The translations under genes and the position numbers were made by a program. DNA of 18,673 nucleotides from a virus: IMG/VR virus record IMGVR_UViG_3300045988_025756, positions 1-18,673 of that record, one strand, 5' to 3'. Positions 1-6,080 of the stretch are shown here, one piece after another. A model generated the notes under the pieces. That model had not been told where the DNA came from. It saw only the letters and a list, made by a program, of their open reading frames with translations, and ran no database searches. Each line of letters starts with the position of its first letter. The stretch's first letter is position 1.

Positions 1-219
1 CTTTGGTTATTGAGCTTAAAGATAATTTTTACGATGTTTGTATAGATAGGGGAGGGCCCCCAGCAGCTATCCTTTTTCCACAACCGTTCTGTTCTGTGTC
101 TTGCTCTTGCGTTTTGTCTTGTGTTTTTTATTGCCGTTCTTGTTCTGCCATCTGTTATCGTTTCTGTTGTCTTCTGTTTTGCCTGCCTCTTTTCTGTTGT
201 TGATTCTGCGTGTTGTTTT
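1..219. repeat. Left inverted terminal repeat (perfect part)
   Basis: Bases 1-219 are the exact reverse complement of 18455-18673. I checked this block by block. The first mismatch is at 220 versus 18454. Confidence 0.97.
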
Positions 220-336
220 ATCTCGTAATTTAAGCGCGTAGATTTCTCGCTGTTTTTCTGTTGTTCGGCGTGTTGTGTTTGTGGTGTGGTATTATGTAAC
301 TATCAGCTAAGGAAAGGAAGGATGGTAATTGAGATG
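220..336. repeat. Imperfect inward extension of the left ITR (promoter, leader and first 5 codons)
   Basis: Conserved blocks are shared with the reverse complement of 18307-18454: TTAAGCGCGTAG, TGTTGTTCGGCGTGTTGTGTTT..GTGGTGTGGTATTAT, GGAAAGGATGGT(A/G)(A/G)TTGAGATG. Indels and mismatches lie between the blocks. Confidence 0.85.
258..300 (+). promoter_or_regulatory. Candidate left-end early promoter (extended -10 type)
   Basis: TGgTATTAT at 287-295 fits the extended -10 pattern TGnTATAAT with one deviation. No good -35 is present. The block is conserved in mirror image at the right end and lies ~27 nt upstream of the ATG at 322. Confidence 0.5.
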
Positions 337-573
337 CTTAGAACTAAGGCTTTGGTTATTGAGCTTAAAGATAATTTTTACGATGTTTGTATAGATAGGG
401 GAGGTGACCCAATTTTATATATGGTTCATGGCGCTATTGATGCTGAGATGGCTCTTCGCTCGGCTTTTGAATATAAGTATGGTGATTGTGATTATACGTA
501 TACGTGTTGCAGTAAAGATGGTGTTTACTGCCTATATGATGTTGAGGTAATTGATGAACCTTTTTATGAGTGA
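322..573 (+). CDS. Hypothetical small protein (left-end, inward-reading)
   Basis: This is the only plausible plus-strand gene. GGAAAGGAAGG lies directly upstream. The first codons (MVIEM) are shared with the right-end gene, and an alternative ATG lies at 334. Residues LVIELKDNFYDVCIDRGG are encoded by the internal copy of the terminal 55 bp. I recognise no family. Confidence 0.55.
   Translation: MVIEMLRTKALVIELKDNFYDVCIDRGGDPILYMVHGAIDAEMALRSAFEYKYGDCDYTYTCCSKDGVYCLYDVEVIDEPFYE
350..404 (+). repeat. Internal direct copy of the terminal 55 bp
   Basis: Bases 350-404 are identical to 1-55 (offset 349), and so are the reverse complement of 18619-18673. Identity breaks at 405 versus 56. Confidence 0.95.
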
Positions 574-611
574 GGCTGATGTCTGGTTAGGAGTTTTGAG
601 TTAAGATATAG

Positions 612-646
612 AAAGCCCCCCTAGGTTATATTCCTAGGGGGGCTTT
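612..646. terminator. Bidirectional intrinsic terminator between convergent genes
   Basis: A 14-bp perfect stem (AAAGCCCCCCTAGG / CCTAGGGGGGCTTT) with a 7-nt loop. The A-run and T-run arms give a U-tract in both orientations. It sits between the plus-strand gene ending at 573 and the minus-strand gene ending at 671. Confidence 0.8.
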
Positions 647-670
647 TGAGTCTCAAGTCTCAAGTGGTAA

Positions 671-1117
671 TCAGTTTTGGCGTAGTGGGTTGTATGCGAC
701 TCCGAACCCGCCGGCGATGATGCCGGCAGCAGTGCTGATGAATCCGCCGATGTCGGCATGTCCGAAGCTCATGAGGCCCAAGCCAATCACGGATGCGGTC
801 AAAGCGATGATGTAGATGATGGTGCGCACGGTATTGTTGAAGACTGGCGTGTAGCCGTCTGCATGCTTGGCTTTGTCTACGTCCGCGCTCCAAGCGTTGA
901 GCACTTTGTCGATGTCGGTGTCGGATAGTGCTGTGACATTCGGCGTAGTGTTTGTCGTTGGGTCGATTACCGTGTTGGTGGCGATGGAACCGCCGACGCT
1001 GGCCACGTCGGCGATGGAACCGTCGACGCTGGTCACGGTGGCGATGTTAGATAGTCTGGTCACGTCGGCGGTGGCCACGGTGGTGGTGTTCTGGTCTGTC
1101 ATAATTCCTTCTTTCAT
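671..1117 (-). CDS. Membrane protein downstream of the endolysin (possible lysis accessory)
   Basis: Two C-terminal hydrophobic segments (IIYIIALTASVIGLGLMSF and IGGFISTAAGIIAGGFGVAY) follow a T/S/N-rich N-terminal part. The start overlaps the amidase stop (TAATG). An alternative ATG lies at 1102. Confidence 0.6.
   Translation of the reverse strand: MKEGIMTDQNTTTVATADVTRLSNIATVTSVDGSIADVASVGGSIATNTVIDPTTNTTPNVTALSDTDIDKVLNAWSADVDKAKHADGYTPVFNNTVRTIIYIIALTASVIGLGLMSFGHADIGGFISTAAGIIAGGFGVAYNPLRQN
980..1048. repeat. 30-bp tandem repeat (2.3 copies) inside the membrane-protein gene
   Basis: Unit 980-1009 matches unit 1010-1039 at 26 of 30 positions, and a partial third unit spans 1040-1048. 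The repeat encodes the reiterated (S)V(D/G)GSIA peptide. Confidence 0.85.
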
Positions 1118-1842
1118 TACTTCAAGGCTTCTTCAAGTCGGGTGCCCCATGGCGCGGTCTTGCTTCCCAGAGCGAAGCACGGCAAGGTGCGCCCGCACTG
1201 GTTGGCAACCATTTGTAGGGCCTTGACTTGGTCTGGGTGGGTCAGCGTGTGGAGCTTCTGCCCGTCGAAATAGACCAAATGGTTTTCGCCGTTGGGCTGG
1301 ATGATACACTGCATTGCATTCTCCTCATCGTTGTTGGTTGTGTCGGCGGTTCCGCCGAGTATTTGGTTTGCTTTGCTGATTACATAGTTGACGTCGAGCC
1401 CGTTGACGACCTTATCGGGACACCCGTAGTGGTCGGTGCCGGGTATTTCCCGGTGTAGCCATACGTTGCCGTGGAGTCCGTCATACCACAGGCGGCCCCA
1501 GCCTTGACGGCGCGCGATATCGGCGCACAGGCGGGCCGAAGCGTCCATGCACGCGCGTGTGCAGGGCACGCCGGCTATGCCGCCCTCATGTTCGATGCTC
1601 ACCGTGCTGTTGTTGCTCGTATAGTTCGCATCGCTCCCGCTGCCGTCGCTCTCGCTCACGTACTGGTGGATTTCGCCGTTGCCTCCGATGCCGTAGTGTG
1701 CTGATGCTCCGCCGGGGCGTTGGAAAACACTGTCGGTGCCTGCGAGGGTGCCGACCATGATGTGCAGGGTGATGTGGCTTATGGCGTAGCCGTTGCGCCC
1801 GTTGTAGTGATTGGGGGACCCTATCCATGTAATACCGTTCAT
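1117..1842 (-). CDS. N-acetylmuramoyl-L-alanine amidase endolysin (Amidase_2/PGRP type) with an uncharacterised C-terminal domain
   Basis: Motifs seen: HITLHIMVG, SAHYGIG..GEIHQYV, NSTVSIEHEG, LHREIPGTDHYGCP. The SD GGGAG lies 5 nt before the ATG. The gene follows the holin directly. Confidence 0.88.
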   Translation of the reverse strand: MNGITWIGSPNHYNGRNGYAISHITLHIMVGTLAGTDSVFQRPGGASAHYGIGGNGEIHQYVSESDGSGSDANYTSNNSTVSIEHEGGIAGVPCTRACMDASARLCADIARRQGWGRLWYDGLHGNVWLHREIPGTDHYGCPDKVVNGLDVNYVISKANQILGGTADTTNNDEENAMQCIIQPNGENHLVYFDGQKLHTLTHPDQVKALQMVANQCGRTLPCFALGSKTAPWGTRLEEALK

Positions 1843-1851
1843 GGTTACTCC

Positions 1852-2217
1852 CTAATCTTCTTTATCATTGCTTTCCTTCTTGTCGACTTTGAAAATATTG
1901 AGAATATTCGAGTTGTTTAACTCGGGGTTGATTTTCGCGCAGTTTTCCATGATTGACGTGACTTCAATCAGACAAATACCTGCACATACTGGCATGAATA
2001 CGGGTAATTCGATTCCCAGATTGATGTATCCCGCACCGTATTCCACGATTAACGCCACGCAAATTATCGCAAGGTAGGCGAATTTGTGTCCGAGCCCCTG
2101 CCGCATTTTTTCGCTGGATAATTCGCCGTGCATAATCGCATTGACCACTCCGGTTGCGTAATCGATGAGCACCAATAGAAACACAATGCCGATGACGATT
2201 AGCTCATGGGTTGGCAT
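1852..2217 (-). CDS. Holin (Phage_holin_4_1 / toxin-secretion holin family)
   Basis: Family-like pattern LIDYATGVV..A......SS......G..HK plus IEVTSIMENCAKI, with several TM segments. The SD GAGGAA lies 5 nt before the ATG. The gene is immediately upstream of the endolysin. Confidence 0.8.
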   Translation of the reverse strand: MPTHELIVIGIVFLLVLIDYATGVVNAIMHGELSSEKMRQGLGHKFAYLAIICVALIVEYGAGYINLGIELPVFMPVCAGICLIEVTSIMENCAKINPELNNSNILNIFKVDKKESNDKED

Positions 2218-2226
2218 GAATGTTCC

Positions 2227-3333
2227 TCACTTTCTTATACCTGATTGTTGTAGCAAGCCGCCAAGTATCATGCTGAATTCCGCCTTGATTTGCGGTGTTT
2301 CAAAACGTAACCGTCCAACGCGATAAGCGTTCAGTACTTTCTGCGTCATGTCATCGGAACGTTTGAGCATGATGCAATCATTATCGACCAGTCGGTAATC
2401 AAACGTAAAATCCCTAGTGATTTTCGGCTGTTTTTTTGAGATGATATACAATACTTCATCGGTATTACTCAATTGTTGATATACGTTGAAAATACCGTAT
2501 TCGGCGGTCCTTAGCGTGAAAGCATAACCGGCGTTGTTAAAATCACTAATGAGAGTATTAGCGTTATCCCTAAAATCATTATTGATTGCATAATTCGCAT
2601 AATTTTCATCGTACTTGCGTAGGAACGTGCCGAATTTGGATGTGGCTACCTTGGCACTAAACCCGCCATAATCGGCTAATTCCACCATAACGAAGCCATC
2701 GCAATATCGTTGGTATTGCGTGTGATTATCCAACTGCGGCTTAAGGTTAATGCTGAATGCGCTGAAATACGGGTTAGCAAGGGTTACGGCATTACTGCAC
2801 ATGATGACACGAACGCGGTCGTTCCAGCGGTCAACAGTATTATAAAATTCCTCAAGCGCCGTAACCTCGCCCGCAAGGTAACGCATGTTGTCGGGAAAGA
2901 TTTCATCAAAAACAATGGTTCGCACTTTGGGGTATGCAACTGATTTGACTTGTCCGGCCTGACTGAGGGCGATGAAGTACCCCATGATATGCCATGTTGG
3001 GCGTGTCTTGCCGTGCTTGTCCGTGATGGCGTCCCTATCATCCAGCCAGTGACATTCGGCTTGATTCCCCGACACTCGAAACTCTAATTCCGGGTATTGT
3101 TCCGCGATGTCTGCAAACCACGTTCCTTTGTTTTTTTGTTCCTCCGCCGTCCGGCGTAGATAGATGAATTGCCAGCGTTTTTTAATCCAGTCGCCGATGA
3201 CAAGTTTTTTGGCACCGTAGGTTTTGCCGAGGCCGCGAGCGCCGATAATGAACATCCAAGGCGCGTGATAAGATAATACGCGCCCATAATCGTAATAATC
3301 GCCCTCACCTAGTAGCCTTTCCATAATATTCAT
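2227..3333 (-). CDS. DNA encapsidation (packaging) ATPase, phi29 gp16-like
   Basis: VLSYHAPWMFIIGARGLGKTYGAKK...QFIYLRR matches phi29 gp16 MLSYDRILNFVIGARGIGKSYAMK...QFIYVRR (Walker A). TIVFDEIF is the Walker B motif. RVRVIMCSNAVTLANPYF matches RVRCICLSNAVSVVNPYF. No SD is present, and an alternative ATG lies at 3324. Confidence 0.93.
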   Translation of the reverse strand: MNIMERLLGEGDYYDYGRVLSYHAPWMFIIGARGLGKTYGAKKLVIGDWIKKRWQFIYLRRTAEEQKNKGTWFADIAEQYPELEFRVSGNQAECHWLDDRDAITDKHGKTRPTWHIMGYFIALSQAGQVKSVAYPKVRTIVFDEIFPDNMRYLAGEVTALEEFYNTVDRWNDRVRVIMCSNAVTLANPYFSAFSINLKPQLDNHTQYQRYCDGFVMVELADYGGFSAKVATSKFGTFLRKYDENYANYAINNDFRDNANTLISDFNNAGYAFTLRTAEYGIFNVYQQLSNTDEVLYIISKKQPKITRDFTFDYRLVDNDCIMLKRSDDMTQKVLNAYRVGRLRFETPQIKAEFSMILGGLLQQSGIRK

Positions 3334-3340
3334 TATATCA
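3332..3340 (-). promoter_or_regulatory. Candidate extended -10 box (TGATATAAT) abutting the ATPase start
   Basis: The minus strand reads TGATATAAT-GAATATT-ATG. A start site ~7 nt downstream would coincide with the ATG at 3324, giving a possibly leaderless mRNA. Confidence 0.35.
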
Positions 3341-3349
3341 TACGATAGT

Positions 3350-3381
3350 GACAGACCGGTAGAGATATCTACCGGTCTGTC
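3350..3381 (-). terminator. Strong hairpin after the tail-lysin gene (candidate terminator without a U-tract)
   Basis: A 14-bp perfect stem (GACAGACCGGTAGA / TCTACCGGTCTGTC) with a 4-nt loop, 7 nt downstream of the stop at 3388. Confidence 0.5.
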
Positions 3382-3387
3382 GTTGTG

Positions 3388-4602
3388 TCAGAAGTTCGGT
3401 GGTGCGCTGGTGCCGTCCCATACATTCAGGAGCGAGTAGGCGGTGTTGTAGCGTGTCCCGTATGGTCCGAACGGGGATGTATTGAGGATATTATTATACA
3501 GTTGGGTGAGTGATGAAGAATGGGGCACGTTCAACGCGCCTGCCGGGCTTTGGTGATAAGCGCAAGTCCACAGTATCTGCATTTTCGCATCATCATACGT
3601 CTGCGGGTAGCTCTTGTAATCCTGTGCGAACTGATTACGCTGGCCTTGCCGTGATTCCGTGCGTCGCGCCCACGTCCGGAATGCCGCAACTTCGCTGCCG
3701 GTCATTGCTCTATCGAATGTGCCGCCCGATTCCATGAGCGCGGCGATACTCGGCGCGGCGGCGGCAAACGCCTCATATCCTACAGCGTCCACCGCCCTCA
3801 TCGCGTTCAAGACCTGCAAACGGCGTCCGAAACTCCACTGTGCGATGCCGATACCCTGATTATTTGATTCGACCGCATCCCAGCGCAATGATGACTCAAC
3901 GGTGCCGATTACATAGAGCGCGTATGAACTTTTCCCGTCGCCCACACTTGGCGTGCCCTGACCCCGGTCGGCGTCCGGCTGACCCGTGCCGCCGCGATAC
4001 ACCCAAGTCTGGGCGCTTGCCTTATAGAAAATGGCCTGCGATGATGTCGTGCCCGAGCCGCTATGATATACGAGATTGTCGCCCTGCAATTGAACCCACG
4101 CGGAGATATCGCCGTCCACACTCACGCCCGGGTTATTGCCGCCCGCCGGATTATCACCGGATTCCGGCGGTTCCGGCAATGCCGTTGGATGCAGATAGCC
4201 GAGTAGCTGCGAGCCTTTCATAAGCGGTAAGGTTCGGTGTACGGCGGGCGTCGGGTTTTGTGTCAGTACATCGATGTCGTCGCCTTGGATACCACCCCAC
4301 ACGATGGCTACGTGACTGCCGGGGTAGTTTTGACTGCCGAACTTCCAAAACACGACATCGCCCATGCCGGGCGTATAATTTGCGTCTTTTTTTTCAAAAA
4401 CGCGCCCCACGGCGGATGTGGTGGGGAACATGGTGTAATTGCCGTCCGCGTAGCCTGTCGGGGTGATGCAATCACCTAACGACAGATTGTAATTGTCCAT
4501 GCAGTATTTTGCCCATAGGTCCCAGCATTGGGCACCGTAAGCCCCGTCCATATCCCAATATTGGTTTTGGGTACGTTCCAACCATGCCTGTACGTCTACC
4601 AT
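3388..4602 (-). CDS. Tail-associated peptidoglycan hydrolase (N-terminal CHAP peptidase plus C-terminal phage tail lysozyme-like domain), functional analogue of phi29 gp13
   Basis: CHAP catalytic context: GAQCWDL (Cys) and PGSHVAIV (His). The C-terminal GIGIAQWSFGRR resembles the G-x-G-I-x-Q-W motif of the phage tail lysozyme family. The gene lies between the fibre genes and the ATPase. Confidence 0.82.
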   Translation of the reverse strand: MVDVQAWLERTQNQYWDMDGAYGAQCWDLWAKYCMDNYNLSLGDCITPTGYADGNYTMFPTTSAVGRVFEKKDANYTPGMGDVVFWKFGSQNYPGSHVAIVWGGIQGDDIDVLTQNPTPAVHRTLPLMKGSQLLGYLHPTALPEPPESGDNPAGGNNPGVSVDGDISAWVQLQGDNLVYHSGSGTTSSQAIFYKASAQTWVYRGGTGQPDADRGQGTPSVGDGKSSYALYVIGTVESSLRWDAVESNNQGIGIAQWSFGRRLQVLNAMRAVDAVGYEAFAAAAPSIAALMESGGTFDRAMTGSEVAAFRTWARRTESRQGQRNQFAQDYKSYPQTYDDAKMQILWTCAYHQSPAGALNVPHSSSLTQLYNNILNTSPFGPYGTRYNTAYSLLNVWDGTSAPPNF

Positions 4603-4611
4603 GATATTAGT

Positions 4612-4641
4612 ATACCCCGTCCGGCGTACCGGACGGGGTAT
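4612..4641. other. Perfect 13-bp-stem hairpin immediately upstream of the tail-lysin ATG
   Basis: ATACCCCGTCCGG-CGTA-CCGGACGGGGTAT. Its last base is the first base of the parS site. It overlaps a TATACT -10-like box at 4609-4614. Confidence 0.8.
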
Positions 4642-4656
4642 GTTTCACGTGGAACA
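4641..4656. promoter_or_regulatory. parS: parS site (ParB/Spo0J binding centromere), B. subtilis-type
   Basis: TGTTTCACGTGGAACA is the reverse complement of TGTTCCACGTGAAACA, the canonical B. subtilis parS 16-mer. The site is intergenic. Confidence 0.8.
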
Positions 4657-4680
4657 TGAGGATTCCCGATATTATCCATA

Positions 4681-4715
4681 AATAATAATATACCCCACGA
4701 CGGTAAGTCGTGGGG
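4681..4715 (-). terminator. Rho-independent terminator after the fibre gene
   Basis: A 9-bp GC-rich stem (CCCCACGAC / GTCGTGGGG) with a 5-nt loop. On the minus strand it is followed by TATATTATTATTTAT. It lies ~20 nt downstream of the stop at 4736. Confidence 0.7.
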
Positions 4716-4735
4716 TGTGGGGTCGGTGGGTATTG

Positions 4736-5638
4736 TCAGGCAGTGACAAAATATGACAAAGTTGCCGAAAGATTCAGATTTGATTGCGTTGTGGAGTTCG
4801 GGCCCGTTTGGTCTACGTACGGGTATCCTTCGGAGTTGATGCCAAAAAGAAGATGTGCCGGCACGGTATTCTCCGCCCCGATGAAAACATCAAGCAGTTG
4901 CCTTAACGCTCCGGCTGGCCTGTATTGTGATGGCATGGCCATCTCTGCCGGATTTAGGCCGCCACTCCAATTTGTCGCCGTGCCGGTTATGGTAACACGC
5001 AGTATGACAAGCTTTGCGATGGGGGAGTAGTAGGCATGGTAGTCAATTTTTGCTCCGTAGACGTTATCGGTAGTATGATATACCTCGATAGGGTTGACCC
5101 CACTTTTACGCAATGCTTCCAAGGCCGAGTTCGTTGTCGATATTTGGGAGGCATTGGAGCTAATACGGTTGTCAAGCGTTTCCGCGGTCCCGGCATATCC
5201 GCCCTGTTTGACAAACGTCGTGTCGGCCTGCGTCTTGGTATACACACTCGTGGTGTCGGCCTTGCCGGCAACCGTGCCGGATAGTGAGCTGACAGTCCCC
5301 TGCAATGCCGTCAACGCAGTGTTTTCCGCCTTGCCGTCGATGCTGGACTTCAGCGCCTGCGCGGTCTGAGTGGACGTGACGCCGAGCGCGTTGAAATACG
5401 ATTCCTGTTTGGCGATGTCGGTCTTATTGGTCTGCGCAAGTTGCTTCGCCGCGTCCGCCGCCGCCGTCGCGTTGTTCGCCGCCGCCGTCGCCGTGGTGAT
5501 GTTGGTGGCGTTGGTGTACATCTGATTGTCGATTTTCGTCATGGCGTCGGTGAAGTCACCGCGCCATGACGGGCGGTCGTTCGGGTTGTCGCCAAACGTC
5601 GGCAGATTATAATGCCCGGTATGCTGTGTGGTTGACAT
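4736..5638 (-). CDS. Tail fibre / receptor-binding protein
   Basis: The N-terminus (HTGHYNLPTFGDNPNDRPSWRGDFTDAMTKIDNQ) is of the kind conserved at phage fibre N-termini. An Ala/Thr/Gln-rich, coiled-coil-like shaft and a distinct C-terminal domain follow. The SD AAAGGAG lies 7 nt before the ATG. Confidence 0.65.
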   Translation of the reverse strand: MSTTQHTGHYNLPTFGDNPNDRPSWRGDFTDAMTKIDNQMYTNATNITTATAAANNATAAADAAKQLAQTNKTDIAKQESYFNALGVTSTQTAQALKSSIDGKAENTALTALQGTVSSLSGTVAGKADTTSVYTKTQADTTFVKQGGYAGTAETLDNRISSNASQISTTNSALEALRKSGVNPIEVYHTTDNVYGAKIDYHAYYSPIAKLVILRVTITGTATNWSGGLNPAEMAMPSQYRPAGALRQLLDVFIGAENTVPAHLLFGINSEGYPYVDQTGPNSTTQSNLNLSATLSYFVTA

Positions 5639-5658
5639 TGGTCTACTCCTTTTTACTG

Positions 5659-6075
5659 TTATTTAGCGGAACCGACGCGGACGATGCCGTTCGCGTCCTT
5701 GTACATGGAATCAAGCTCGGTCGCCGTCAATCCGAGCTGTGTCGGATGCGAGACGGTTTTATCGGCCTTGCCTGCAAGCCCCGAGGTGAGGGCAGAGGTG
5801 GTGGCGAAACCGCTCACGTCCGGGATGTCGGTTTTCCTGGCGATGGTGGTCGCCACGCCAAGAGGGGAACCTTCGGTACCGTTACCGGTGAGGTCTGCGG
5901 TGTGCGCCACGGTCTTAAGCCCGCCCGCTGTGGCTGATGCGATGTCGTCCGCGTTCCGCTTAAGCTGGGCGTCAATCTTCGTCATGTCGCCGTTATAGTC
6001 ACCGAGCCATGTGGGGTGGTCGGTGCCTGCGAACTGTGAGAGATTATAGTTTCCGGTATGGTTGGTTGCGGTCAT
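5659..6075 (-). CDS. Short fibre-like protein, N-terminal paralogue of 4736..5638
   Basis: The N-terminus (HTGNYNLSQFAGTDHPTWLGDYNGDMTKIDAQ) is clearly paralogous to the downstream fibre. The SD GGAAAGGA lies 8 nt before the ATG. Confidence 0.55.
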   Translation of the reverse strand: MTATNHTGNYNLSQFAGTDHPTWLGDYNGDMTKIDAQLKRNADDIASATAGGLKTVAHTADLTGNGTEGSPLGVATTIARKTDIPDVSGFATTSALTSGLAGKADKTVSHPTQLGLTATELDSMYKDANGIVRVGSAK

Positions 6076-6080
6076 AACTG

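Noticed and set aside
3-203. 66-aa ORF inside the left ITR, duplicated at 18471..18671 in the right ITR
   Set aside because: It has a TTG start and no SD. The Cys/Phe/Leu-rich peptide is what translation of an almost A-free T/G tract would yield. It reads from the very tip of the genome, upstream of the candidate promoter. I treat it as non-coding origin or ITR sequence.
322-336. Recurrent SD-ATG-short spacer-ATG arrangement (322/334, 18321/18309, 17987/17975, 12771/12762, 16646/16640) as possible programmed dual initiation
   Set aside because: Ambiguity in SD spacing explains it more simply. Unambiguous starts in this genome use spacings from ~1 nt (portal) to ~11 nt (SSB-like gene), so I cannot tell which ATG is used. 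I have no evidence that both are.
574-670. Left-end non-coding stretch and the ITRs as the location of a phi29-type packaging RNA (pRNA)
   Set aside because: The only strong structure here is a simple terminator hairpin, and the ITR tract is too low in complexity to fold like pRNA. I cannot recognise pRNA by eye anywhere, and a covariance-model search is needed. The possibility is kept only as a caveat for 10781-11034.
4387-4394. Homopolymer T8 (A8 on the coding strand) in the CHAP domain region, and T7 runs at ~2430 and ~3131, as slippage or phase-variation sites
   Set aside because: They are short, in frame, encode ordinary Lys/Phe codons, and no alternative frame opens downstream. Nothing points to programmed frameshifting.
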